DNA from: Tubiluchus corallicola
Taxonomy: Eukaryota > Animalia > Priapulida
NCBI GenBank assembly: GCA_030141605.1
Contig: JAQGDQ010000838.1
Span: forward strand, 25,385-89,384
Length of the DNA stretch: 64,000 bases
Direction of reading: 5' to 3'
The notes beneath the pieces are model-generated. The model saw only the letters and a list, made by a program, of their open reading frames with translations, had not been told where the DNA came from and did no database searches. Both the position numbers and the translations under genes were made by a program. Shown here one piece after another: positions 13,787 to 26,584 of this stretch; the first letter of the stretch is position 1; each line of letters begins with the position of its first letter.

Positions 13787-15112
13787 AAGTCGTTTTCTGG
13801 TAGAGAATGCTCACCTCTTAGAAGTCACCCCGGAATGGTGTTCAGCTGCCATTGTAACCTCTTTTCTATTTAATGTAATGTATTCTCTATTGAATGTAAT
13901 CTATTCTTATACGACGTCTCTTACAGAAATAAGCAGCCAGAATTAAACAAAACAGCGAAAAAGTCGTTCTTACGCCCAAAGAGCAGTATTACACATCGTT
14001 AATAGAAGCAAAAAACAAGTACTTTTCATTATTACACTATTAGTTCTCCTGGAGCTAGCATACAAAAGTATAGGTCGTTATTAGTTTGTAATTGAATAGC
14101 AAGAAATAAGTCAAATAAATATGTGACAAAATTGCAATTTCGTCTTGATGAGGTGTGAACAATCTTCGTACGGGCGTAAAAAACACCTGTCATCTGTAAA
14201 TGATGCAAAACAGCAGGTTTGTTCGTAATTCACTCAGCTGCAAGTGTTGAAAAGTGTTTTGCAGTGTTTACAATATCTAAAATATTGTTTTACCGCATAG
14301 AAAAGCTTTTACGTGAGCTGTGTAATTGTTGTAGATTCCTGTTTAAGGCCATTTGAGCTGGATGTTGCATTGTGCTGCCACCTAGCAACGAAAATAATAC
14401 GAAAACAATTTACTCTGATTTTGGCCTTCGATGAAACCTTTGAGCATCGTAGCTTTTGAGTTTTGAAACATATAGGCAGTGTCGGCTCTACCACTAGACA
14501 AACAAGCAGTCGACAGAGGCGCCAAAATCTGGAACTATTGTTTAGTTTTTAAATTTAACTTTAATATTAAAAATAACATAGTGTTACTTAACTGCACAAC
14601 ACGTTAATTAAAGCAAAACCGGACCCAATTTTAAACTGTAGGTCAACACTGCTAGATTTTCCTACATAAACGTTTTCATCAGGAGGGCGCCACACGCTCT
14701 AGCTACATCACTGTAGCTAGAATTACAAAAAAATTACCAAATTCCAAGAAACAGGCCTTTAGGCAACTAGCAGCATTACGAAAACGGGGCAAGTAATGCG
14801 TCAGTAGTTATATATGCCTTATTAACTTGAACCAGTGACGCATTTGCGGATACACAATACGTGGTTTATGCATTCCATGTGTAATAGCTAGGCAGCTTAT
14901 TAAATTATGACGCCACACTGAATATATTTATGTGTCAAGTGTGAATATCCTAAGTTTAAATCGGGACGTTGTCCTGGAAAAGCGGATATCCTGGTTTATG
15001 TCCTCCTGGAGTGACGACGTACGGTTTAGTTTGAAAATTTGGCATGTTTCAAGCTAGACGATCGTGTTACTGTGATTTTAATTTTCCTGGTGATTTCGAT
15101 GTGTGCACTAGA

Positions 15113-15706
15113 AGCTAAAACCGGATCCATCTTAAACTGCAGGTCAAAACAATCTACTTTTTAAAATATTGAAAGGGAACTTACTTTTTTTCAAAAATGA
15201 CTTACGTGAAAGAATTATTACCACACACACAATTTCACGTTCGCGCCACTAGTTCTTCGCTGTTACATGCATTTCGCCATTTTCTAGTTAGACGGGCACT
15301 AGCGTCTGCATTTCGGAAACGCATTGCACAAAAAACAGGTGATGTACCTTCCAGTTCATATGTGTTAGTTTGTGACAAACAGCGTGAGTACAGCGGTAAA
15401 TTTTAAATTTGAATTTTTATCTTAAAACTTGCCTAGTTTTAGTACAACAAATTGAATATCTTACACTAGCACTGTACTTCAATTTTCGCTTATGCAAACA
15501 CGTGCAAAACGCTCGTGGAATACTTTTGCTATTGAAAATTATGTTAGTTTGTGATGTCATCGATACTTGGGCTCGCGCGCCGTTAATTAAGTTCTTAATC
15601 TATTATTTAATTATCCGAAAGCTTTTGCAGTATTAACTGTGTTAAAATGTATACTTTTATCGGATTTGAAAATAGGTTAGTATATGAAAAATCATTCTGT
15701 CTTCCT
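15113..15706 (+). mobile_element. Family A element, copy 3 (an extra orphan left end lies at 14612-14646)
   Basis: Collinear with 4229-4838. ttaa-agcaaaaccggacccaattttaaactgtaggtcaa also occurs alone at 14608-14646. Confidence 0.8.
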
Positions 15707-16132
15707 ACATATACACACAGACATATTATTAAAAAGGGAAGCTATGAACCCAATGATGAGATGCTAATTTCAGAGGTATATGCAGTTGTTACACAAAATC
15801 ATCCTAATTACGAAAGTTTGTACTACATTACTGTTTGTACAGTAATAATGGCGCTTGAGCGAATAATATTACTCTGGATACGTCTAGGGAAGACCAAAAG
15901 ATTTTCTCTTTGGATTTAGAAATAATTAATCATTTCGGGAATTTCTAAATTAAAACGTAAAAAGTAATTCAACTAGCGAAGAATCACAGTGAATTAAATA
16001 AATTTTCTAAATTGTTAAAAACATTTTAAATTTAGTATTATATTAATAATCTTATAGTGTATTGCGTCCAATTTCTTAAGAAACTTAGAAAGTAAATGTA
16101 AAATGCCTTTGGAATCATTTTGAAAAGCTTAT

Positions 16133-16133
<1 letters not shown>

Positions 16134-16220
<87 letters not shown>

Positions 16221-16251
16221 CAGTAGCAGTAGTAGCAGTAGCAGTAGCAGC

Positions 16252-16305
<54 letters not shown>
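16134..16305. repeat. (CAG)n-(TAG)n compound microsatellite, probably the tail of the adjacent LINE
   Basis: Directly visible. It abuts aataaagatttt (minus strand) at the LINE 3' end. Confidence 0.95.
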
Positions 16306-16306
<1 letters not shown>

Positions 16307-16700
16307 AAATCTTTATTTGTCATTTTAAAAACATTGACCATCATAATAAAAGACAGACAATCAGTGTTAGTTCATATAAAAACATACACTGTTCTGAGCA
16401 AATGCGTCTGGTGCAAGCTAAACTATAAGTGCAACTAGAAATTCAAAAATAAAATATAAACTAGTTTAGTAAGGTCTAGGAAAAATAAAATTATGATATG
16501 AGTAAGTATCATCGTGTTCGTGTGTCGGATATTCAAAACAAGTCATTAAATGTTTTTTAATTAAGACTTGAATATTGATAAAGAGCTGCTGTGTTTTAGT
16601 GATGTCGGTAATGAATTCCAGAGTTGTATTGCTTGCTTAGTAATGGAATTCTTTCCATATTGATGGTTCGAAATTTGTTTCTTCAATTGCATGGCTTTTT
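16306..16700 (-). mobile_element. 3' fragment of an L2/CR1-group LINE
   Basis: Minus strand reads NHQYGKNSITKQAIQLWNSLPTSLKHSSSLSIFKS*LKKHL (LWN.LP...FK..LK C-terminal motif), followed by a 3' UTR, AATAAA and a (TAC)n tail. Confidence 0.7.
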
Positions 16701-16918
16701 GTTTTAATTATTTAGATTTTCATTGATTCAAAATTTAAACTATTTAAAGAGAATAAATTATCGTGTGGATGAATCAATAATCTTTTTTGTTGTTTTCTTT
16801 CAGTGGTATCTGATGTACAATCTGCGCAAAACGTTGTTCTGGGAATTATTTGCATTGTTTGCGGGAATTTAGCTTGCCAAAATTGTACTGGACAGTGTAC
16901 ACTAGGCATCTCTTAACA

Positions 16919-18631
16919 ATGGCCATGATACCAGCAAATGTAGTGAACACGCCGAACTACGTGGTACAAGAAATGGCTGTACAAAATATGGCGACCGTGC
17001 AGCAAAAGCAAGACAGACACCTAGCGGGAGATATAACAACTAAGAAACTGGCATTTGCTGCAGCGATCACTCAAACGGTTTTTGGTTTGATTTTTCTGCT
17101 TTTGCAAGTTATTGTGGTTTCTGTGACCTGTCGTGGTTGTGACGGAGCGTTGATTGGCTTATGGGCAGGCATTGTGTTTACAGTCACAGGAATTGTGGGA
17201 TGTGTAGGAAGATTTAAGGACAGACCAGGAGTGTGGATAGGTTTCATGGTGTTATCTATTATTTCTGCAATAATAACATGCATAGCGTTAATTACAGCTG
17301 GTATTGTAGCAGCATTTACATCGGATCAAAACAGCACAGTTCACAATATTCACGTAACGTACGTTGCCTTTTGTGTACTAGAATTTATTACATCCCTTTT
17401 CTCAGCTGTAGTGTGCTGCAAGTTAATGTGCTGTAGAGTGACAGATTACAGCAAAAATCAAATGACAATCGTACCAGCATCAGCTACTGAACCTGGAAGA
17501 ATGACAGGTGTGGTTGCCATCAATCAAGAGCAGAAGACGGAAGTTGTGTACGACCTTCCTTATGTTACACCACTTCCGCCGACGATGTCTGCAGGTCCTG
17601 CACTACCTCCTAGACCAGATGAAGTCACCGGTAACAACAAAATGCGATACAGAGAAAATCTTGCAAAAACTACTTCGGATGAAGTTGACACGAAGAGGAG
17701 CAAAATTCGCTATCTTGAAAAACTTGGGGAAGGAAGTTACAATGAAGTTTACAAAGCCATACTGCACAAAGATGCACAAGATAGAAACGTAGAAGAAAAA
17801 ACAGTCATAGCCAAGTGTGCAATAAGGGGAAAACGAAATCAGTTTGTTACTGCATATCACGAAAAAGAGCTTGAGACTTTGAGAGAAATTCCTGTCCATG
17901 AAAATCTGCTGGGTATTATCACGAAAATAAATGATGCAGACAAAGGTCAGGTGGTAATCGTTGATTATATGGAGGATGGAGACTTAAAATCGTTCCTTGT
18001 GAAGGAAGCAGAGTGTACCGACCAGTACACAAATAGTGCTAACTTGACTGTCAGGATGGCAGTATCATTTGCTTCTGACATTGTCTCTGGACTTGAACAT
18101 CTGGCTAAGCATAAATGCTTGTGTCGTGATTTGGCCGCTAGGAGCATTCTTGTCTCTGCAGACCTTAGGTGCAAGGTCACTAAATTTGGGAAAGAAGAAG
18201 ACGTTGTTAGTTATCGGTGCAGCGTGAAGAGATTACAAAAGCGTTTGCCAGTTCGCTGGATGGCACCCGAGTCTTTGCAATTTAACAAGTATTCTACAGA
18301 ATCAGATGTCTGGTCATTTGGGGTACTCTTCTGGGAAATCGTAACTCTTGGAGCTACGCCCTATCCAGAACACAAAACGGCTGGTGAGGTCGTTGAAGCC
18401 ATCAGAAATGGATACCGCATGGAGTGTCCTCCGGGCTGCTCAGAGGAGTTGTATGAGCTGATCGAAGTTTGCTGGCGTGAAAGTCCCGATGACAGACCCA
18501 GCTTTCAACAACTGCGTCAGCAGTTACAGCAGATGCTGGAAGATGTCAGTGGCTACGAATCATTATCTGATTATAAGCTCATTGATGTCTATCAGGACCT
18601 CATGGCGGGTAACATTGACGAAATTGTCTGA
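16919..18631 (+). CDS. Four-transmembrane MS4A/CD20-like domain fused to a tyrosine-kinase-family (pseudo)kinase domain, about 570 aa, single coding exon
   Basis: First in-frame ATG at 16919 (acaATGg), with a splice acceptor (ttttctttcag) at 16803. Four hydrophobic helices at about 17048-17420 show MS4A-like patterns ([22 protein letters not shown]......S...CC). The kinase fold at about 17705-18538 has [40 protein letters not shown]...P..RPSF. Confidence 0.92.
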   Translation: MAMIPANVVNTPNYVVQEMAVQNMATVQQKQDRHLAGDITTKKLAFAAAITQTVFGLIFLLLQVIVVSVTCRGCDGALIGLWAGIVFTVTGIVGCVGRFKDRPGVWIGFMVLSIISAIITCIALITAGIVAAFTSDQNSTVHNIHVTYVAFCVLEFITSLFSAVVCCKLMCCRVTDYSKNQMTIVPASATEPGRMTGVVAINQEQKTEVVYDLPYVTPLPPTMSAGPALPPRPDEVTGNNKMRYRENLAKTTSDEVDTKRSKIRYLEKLGEGSYNEVYKAILHKDAQDRNVEEKTVIAKCAIRGKRNQFVTAYHEKELETLREIPVHENLLGIITKINDADKGQVVIVDYMEDGDLKSFLVKEAECTDQYTNSANLTVRMAVSFASDIVSGLEHLAKHKCLCRDLAARSILVSADLRCKVTKFGKEEDVVSYRCSVKRLQKRLPVRWMAPESLQFNKYSTESDVWSFGVLFWEIVTLGATPYPEHKTAGEVVEAIRNGYRMECPPGCSEELYELIEVCWRESPDDRPSFQQLRQQLQQMLEDVSGYESLSDYKLIDVYQDLMAGNIDEIV

Positions 18632-21600
18632 TTGTGTGCAAACGTTGATCAAATCATTCTGGCCCTCGAAACAAAGTGAAATGGTAGTTAAATCTTCATT
18701 AGTTGTTAAAGATTTGAAGAAATGATGATGAAATCGATTATCTACTTCCATTGTAAAGTGAGCACGCGTGTGACAAATTACTTCGACTTTCTAGTAAGCT
18801 AGCAGATCTTTTAAGACTTGACATTGTGTGATAGTTTTAGAAATGTTGGGCTTAATTTTACTAAACTTATTTTATTACTTAAACTAAACTAGTTCAAATT
18901 TATTTTAAATACATCGCTTGACTATTCTTTGTAAGAATTGTAAATATCATTTAAACCTTTTGGTGATTTACTGTTACATTTTGTTTCGTCAAAAGCCCGT
19001 TTTATTCTGTATAGGAAAATATTTTTGTATTTTCGTGTACGTGTACACGTGCTAGATACAAACAAGTAATACATTGTTTATTGAGTACATTATACTGATT
19101 TCTACAAGCTGGCTTTTTCGTGTACAAGTCAAACAAGTAACATCACTAGAAGCAGACGAAGTTGTGTCTTCTTGTGGGTAGAGGCGTGGTCGCAGGCTGG
19201 GGAGGGAGTTTTTTTAATCACTACCCCATACACAAACTTCTTGCTTGTCACTAGTGATACTTGTGATATGTGGTGTACGTGTACCACCTGTGATATAGGA
19301 CGCTTTCGTTACGACACCACAAACACTTTTTGCTACTAATTTCCGATACGTGCTGACACGTGGGTTCAGTGAATCTTTCCATTTAAGCATAGTTCACAGA
19401 CATGTATTCCGAATAGAACCAAACAAAACAGTTCTTAATATTGCCGATAAATTCTGGGTTTAATGAAATAATAAGAACTAAAAAAAAAACAATCCACTCT
19501 AATCCAAAACAACAACAAAGTTGTTATAATTACAAACAACGTTTCCAGACAACCTACGATAAACAGAAGACTAGTTAGCCCCAACCCAGGTGAGGGAGAA
19601 TGATGTAAGGTAAGTATACTTATCAGTTGTAGTGACTGCTGTCGGATTCCAACGTTTGACGATCTCCATCACTCTGGAAGCTGGAATAACGTGAGTAACC
19701 GGTTATGCGAACTTCGTGGAATCTTGAGCAGCTACTCTTCCAAAGCTTGAGCGGGGGTGGGTGGGTGTAATCTTACGTGGCCACTTCTACAATGCTTGTC
19801 AGGTGTACCGGAGTCGTAAGTGGTTACTTCTCCGATCCTAGTGGAGTGCAGTGGAGTCCTGGCCCATGGAGCTCGTAGAACTACCATTGGTACTACGTCT
19901 GGTCATCGCCTGGTTGTTTCTGCACCAGATCTCCCGAATTTCCGTTTACAGCAGTACGTCAAATAACGAATAATAGACAGTTTATTGGTGTTTTCGCCTC
20001 ACGGCTCGAACACCTAACCCTTTGGTGTGTCAGTGCCCTTTAATAACTTTCTGTCGCCACAATAATTAAGTTTTGACTTCGACTGTTAATAAATGTTCGT
20101 CGGAAGCCATATTCGACGACTTCACTGGCCTAGCACGTTCGACACACTGTGTTGAGCCTGGTTTCAATTTCTAGGACAGGTAAAACTGGATGACCTTGTC
20201 CTTTAACACGACGGTTCATTGGCTAGATAGCCTGTTCAGTTGAGCGTATGACCAATCACTTACTTTCTTGTAAAGGAGATCTAGGACAGGTATGAGGTGG
20301 GACCCTTCCCAGAGCTAACTAGATGCATGCTCATATATGTACAGTCACAACTTGCTTTACTGTAGTAGGTAAATTCGCTTAATGAGTAATTAACTAATTA
20401 CTCATTCAATTAACATAAGTAATTAGCTAAATTAAGCTATTAATGTAGCCTAAGTATGGGATATACACAAAATCATACTAGAATACAGTTCAACTATATT
20501 AAAAGGGGTTGCAATGCTGCTCGGTAGTTCTTATATTCCAGACTGACGTCACAGTATATATATAGACATATATACACATATATCTATAAACACATATAAC
20601 ACGCACACACACACATTTATTGCAAAAATTATACACTAGTACAGAGCAAAACAAATTACATCATACATAAAATCAGTGTATAACCAGTCAGTGACAGATG
20701 TCAGCAATTGTGTCAGTTAGAGTAAGTGAAAAATCACAAGAATAAAAACATTAAAATACTATATTACATATCTACAAATTTGTCCACATGATGACGTCAT
20801 GGTGATTTATGAAATTGTGAATTTTAATACTTTTTGATAGTTATTGCTACTTTTTCAAAGGTTTAAATTTAAAAACTAATTAAGTTTTAAAGTCTTGGTA
20901 CTGGTAGGAGACTACAACCAGGTGAGCTATATTTTGGCTTGTCGTCTGCCAAATTCTATTATTAAAAAACCTAACGGACATAAGCGCAATACGAATTAAT
21001 AATGTAGTGCTTGAATATTTATAACAAATTTTTAACGATCATAATGATAATAGTTCTGCTGAATTCATTTTGATTATGAATTGTATTTTTGCATGTTGTT
21101 TGTTTGGGAAAAAATAAAACGATTTGATTTGATTTTTGACTACTGGCATTGATGTTCTGAAGTTTAATCAGAAAAAAGTCGACGGGTAAATACTTGTATT
21201 AAGCATGATTGTTTTCTATAAATATCATTCTACGCTTCGTAGAAGATTAAACTAAATATTCGTTTACAACGGCCTTGGTCATGGGTTCAAGTCCCAGTGG
21301 GGGTAGAAAAGTGCTCAGACTTTTATAAGTTTTTCTGTTTTAGTACTGCTTTCATATGTTTACAAAGTGAGAGTTCACTTGTGCATAGGCATGTCAAATT
21401 GGAGATATTGTGATAATAAAATCTGTTATAAAGGAACGTTCCATGATTCAAGTTAAATTTTATCTTGTAAATGTTGTTTTTCTGAACATTAAAATATTCT
21501 CTTTGATCTGATTTTGTGTTTTGGACCATATATAATTATGTTTAATGTTTGACTATATTTAGGAACGACTGGTTTTTGGTTTTTAGCTGTTGTTGTATTT

Positions 21601-22929
21601 TTGTTTTTTGTATTTATGGACGTTTATGTATTTTTTCATAGTTGTGTTCTGCTGTCATTAGCGTCTTTTTGTTTACTGTCTTTCTGAGAAGGGTGGTTGA
21701 CTCGCTAATCTTTGGTTTTTCGCCACCCTTTCTCCCATGTTCATTTGTATTTTTGTATATTTTATTGTCAAATTAATGTAAATTTATGGAGAAAAATAAA
21801 AAATCACTTAATTCCACAAACGTTGTTTCAAGTAAATGGTGTACGAACATGCTTTTAATTTTGCCATGGGAGACGGAGTCTTTGTGACAGTGCACAACAT
21901 ATTATAAATGAAACACTTCTATAAAGTGTGTAAAAAGTTGGTCTTACTATAGTGGAACAGGCAGGAAACAACTTTTTTTTAAAATTGTTACTGAATGACC
22001 AAAGTTGAGTTTGTATCAGCACTGATAATGGTAATCACCTGCATTCTTTTTCCACAGTAATCTTAATAAAACGTGACTGTGGCTCAACAGGTTACTGAAC
22101 ACTTTATAATCATGATCACAGTTTTTCTTAGTTCTCGCTCCATTTCATCTTTCATTCACTACCCCCCCCCCACTTTTATGCATATATTATCATTATTTCA
22201 ATTATTAATCACTTCTTTAAGATTTCCACGTACAGTGTGGCCTGTCAAGCTTTTAGGCTCAAACTGTATGCATCAAAATTATTCTGTAATGTAATTTGCA
22301 CATGTATATGCTGCATAATAATCTCTTTTGTAATTTCTGGATAATATTGCATTTATATTTATATTTACTTCAGTGAAATTATCTGTATTTTTATTATAAC
22401 TGTAAGATGCAGTGTGGAAATAAATAAACTTAAACTTAAAAAAACTCTTGACGGATACGCGAACTGTAAAAAAAACACGGAGAAGTCACCTCCAGATCTG
22501 GTAAACCAGGAAAGAACAGAAACGCAAAAAAACACAAATTTCTATTGCATTTTATATTATAAACTATCAAAGATAACAAGAAACACGAAGGCCAAACTAC
22601 CATTCACACACATTTTATAGTAAAATAAAAGAAATACTGATTAAACAAACAAACGACAAAGCATTGTGAACAAACTAGAGAAATTGTACGATGATTCTTA
22701 ACGGCTGGAATACCTTCTATCAACAGAATGATGTGCTCACTAAGCTAAGTAACCATTAGTTAAATGCACTCCAACACTTAGAAAGAATAAAATTAGTTAA
22801 ACTAGCAAAGATGATAGCAACAATCAACTGAATCAGCTACGAACACCGTGACGCCCTTTCAAATTTGAAGTGAAGTTTAAGTTTGTCAGGATTAGCTATG
22901 GGGCTAGAAGATCAACTTTGCTCAAGGGG

Positions 22930-23120
22930 ATCCTAGCTACACACTGGAAACCTCTTTGACTGCAAGTTGCCAGATTTGAGGAAAGCAGCTAGATTCCTAG
23001 CTACATCCTGGAAACCTCTTTGACGGCAAGTTGCCAGATTTGAGGAAAGCAGGTAGATTCCTAGCTACATCCTGGAAACCTCTTTGACTGCAAGTTGCCA
23101 GATTTGAGGAAAGCAGGTAA
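22930..23120. repeat. Tandem repeat, 61-bp unit x3
   Basis: tcctagctaca..ctggaaacctctttgac.gcaagttgccagatttgaggaaagcag occurs three times. Confidence 0.9.
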
Positions 23121-25982
23121 ATTTCAAAGTCCCAGTTATTGGGCAACACCAATAACTTTAGGCAGAATTGTAATAAATGAAGTAGTAAAGAACTTTGCTC
23201 GAGGAAGGATATTAAACTTCTAGCTATCAGAGTGATTCACACATTCTGTGCAAAATGGAAGTCTCGGGTTTAAGACGTGAAATCTCACAAAAACATCTCA
23301 AGATCATAAAAAATTATTTTCTTTACAGCTACGTTCGGATAATAACTAGAGTTGATATGTGAACAAATTAAGTATGTGAAAAAGCGTTTAATAAAGTATG
23401 CTAAAGGTTTTGTACAAAACTTTCAAGATACAGTATTAACATATTTAACGTATTTGAACTAAACAGTCATTGTTTACTAACAATCCCAGTATAAGCAGTC
23501 ATTTTTTGCAAAATATTAGTTCTATAACGTTTATAATGCTTAATTATATCACGTGGCTAACATATTCACCCACATACCCTCATTTTAACAATCACAAGAC
23601 CAGAGAAGAAACAGATAATTTGATGACATTCCACACAGAAGCTGATACTTTTTTGTGGAACAAAGTTAATTTTTAATTTACTACAAGTAAATAGCACTGC
23701 AAAATGACCGAAACAGTGTTGTGACTGAAGCCTACGTCGAGAACTACAGTAGTCAGAGCACAGCACAGACAAGGAAGTACATGGCACTGTTTGCATTAGT
23801 CAAAATATAGCATTCAGTCTACATATAGTACCCAATAAATAATACAATCTACATCTATGTAAGAGCACAGTTGTCACCATATCACAAAAAACACCTGTAT
23901 CTATTCTACTCTTTTGTGAACGTTTATACTCAGCAAATTTCATTGACAAATCAGAGGTCTGCCATAAGAAAGTACATTTAAAATACAATCACGTAAAGCT
24001 GGACATCAAGAAAACATTGGACAAACCAATGCAGTAGTGTAAAAGGTTTCTAGTGTTGCTTACATGAAAAAAGGCCATTAGAAATGTCTCTAATGCCAAA
24101 TGCATAAAGAAAACAAAATGGACAATCCAAGACCATGACAAATATCTCATGAAAATTTATTTAATTTTCAGTAAGGTAAAGTTAGTAAGCAGCAATGCAA
24201 ACTCAGAACATTGCATTACTTTACGAGTAACAGATAAGTCAGCGGAAGTTGTAGTGAGCGGTATTACACAGGTAACTAAAGAGTTGTGAAAAAAGTTTGA
24301 AGTTGAATTCTCAGCTATGAAGTACTACTCTGTTCTGAAAGCTGCTGGGACAACTAAAATTCATGACATACCAAAGCGTCCAGCATCCACATTGAGTGTG
24401 CAAGCGCGAGAGAACGCATATTGTCCATGGGTAATAAAAACAAAGATTTTGGCAGCGGACATGGCAAGCCAGACGCCATAAATTCTTTCTAATTTTTAAC
24501 GTTTAGTGTCCGGCATTCAGCACCTGTTCCTTATTCAGTCAATATCAGACGGCTTTGCGAATTGTTACACAAATGAATACAGTAAGAAGAGAAAAGTATT
24601 GCAAAAATACATTTGTTATCAAGCGTTTAGCTTAACTGGAAATCCTAGTCACATACTGGCACGTGCTGCCACCACACAGCGGTCAACGAATAAATAAAAA
24701 AATCCTACGTATAATACAACTAGCAAAATAAACTGCCAACTTCATAGAGAGCTGGCACAACATTTGCAAACACTTTCATTCATGAGTTTTGAATATAAAC
24801 CTTAGGAAAAAGCTTTTTGCATACTGTACATAACCATGTATGAATTGTGAAAGGCTCTTCCATTTTCAAATAACTGATGATTTTTTTCTTTAGTTCTTAC
24901 TTTATACTTGTACAAAACCAGAGCACATGCTTTACAGCCCAGCACAGTGGTGTGTTTGGCTGTTGTGCACCCACTAAGTAGAGAAAGTACTGTCCCTCAC
25001 ACAGTTTCTTGTCATTTGTCACGGTGCTTAAAAACCGTGCACTGGCATATTCTTGAATTGTGGCAATTTAGGCTATTAGTAAGCAAATAGTTTTTTGTTT
25101 AGGATTTTATCAAGTTTATGTATAAATTTTCACACGTTTGTTTATTTAAAATTACAATTACAAATTACAACATTAAAGTTCCACTTTACACAGCATTAAA
25201 ACAATTTTCTGAAGTAGCGCCCCCACTAATTTTTACTACGAACCGCCACTGTGTGCAGAATGTAGGATATGAAATGAAATGATATATTATTACGAACTGA
25301 AATTTATGATGAAATGACTTCCACGTGAATAAAAAAATTATCAGAAAAATGAGGCAAGTTGGCACTACGGTAACCAGTTCTAAACAAATCATGTAGGTAT
25401 TAAACAATTTCAGTAAACCAACCACTGAAGTATATGTACATGTGACCAGAATTATTAGCATAGACGGGCCATATTCAATAGTAGCAATAAATAATTAACA
25501 CAATTAAAGATGTCAACAATCAAGTTTACATTGCAAAATCAAGGATCTCTACAATAGAGAAATGTTCTAATTGTTTATTAACTGTTGTTCAGGAGGATTT
25601 CCGGATAAGATTTTAGAGTTGCACGTGTCAAAAACAAACATACTGGCATGCACTTCACAATGTTCTGATAAGAATGAAACTAAAATGTTTCATATAGACT
25701 TAGTTTTAGAATACAGATTATAGCCAATACACGATACAAACATACATTATTACAATTCTCTGAAGTATGAAAAACTACAGCACATTATACCAAAGACGGC
25801 AAAATTTGCACCTGGCATGGAAAAGTAGTGGCCTACTTTGCATTTTTGGATAGTTTCTCAACAGTGAATAAATATTTGCTCTACCTTTTATATCGGAAGA
25901 TGGGAAGACCATTTGCATCAGTCTATTAACAAGCCACAATGGTTCATTTCATACATTTAATGGATACAGACAAGAACATTAA

Positions 25983-26580
25983 AGGAAAAGCTAACCCAAT
26001 TTTAAACTACAGCTCAAAACAATCTACCCTGCAAAACATGGAAAGGGAACATAGTACTTTCTCAAAAATGGGTTTCGTGAAAATTATTACCACAGAATGG
26101 CAATTTCGTGTTTGCACCACCAGGAGTTCACTGTTACATGCATTTTGCCATTCACTAGCTGGACGAGCACTATCGCCCGCATCTCAGAAATGCATTGCAG
26201 AAAAAGCAGGTGATGTACCTCTCAGCTGGGAGGTGTTCGGTTGTGACGTACTGCACATGCTCGAGAGCTGATGCGTGAACACAGCGGTAAATTGGAAATT
26301 TTGAATTTGAAATTTGAAATTTGTCGAGTTTTTGTACGTTACACAGTAGCACTGTACTTCAATTTCCGCTTTAGCGCACACATGCAAGCAGCTTGCAAAA
26401 TGTTTGTGCTGTCGAAAATTATGCTCTGTTGTGATGTAATCACTAGCAGGGCATGCCTGCCATAAATTTTTCAACCTATATTTCAATTATCTCAAACACT
26501 TTGGCATTATTATAGGTGAAAAATGTATACTTTTTAGCGTTCTTTAAAATTGGGAATGATACGCAAATCAAAATTTTCCT
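25983..26580 (+). mobile_element. Family A element, diverged copy 4
   Basis: TTAA-AGGAAAA ... TTTTCCT-TTAA termini, with internal similarity to 4229-4838. Confidence 0.75.
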
Positions 26581-26584
26581 TTAA

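Noticed and set aside
16850-16918. N-terminal 23 residues of the listed 593-aa ORF
   Set aside because: The track starts at a TTG. In a eukaryotic gene the first in-frame ATG in good context is at 16919.
19560-20310. GC-richer segment resembling a retroelement coding remnant
   Set aside because: No sustained reading frame or recognisable motif in manual translation.
25186-25250. Alternative eIF4E last exon (WRFVVKISGGATSENCFNAV*)
   Set aside because: Only superficial resemblance. The exon at 27522-27581 matches the conserved C-terminus far better.
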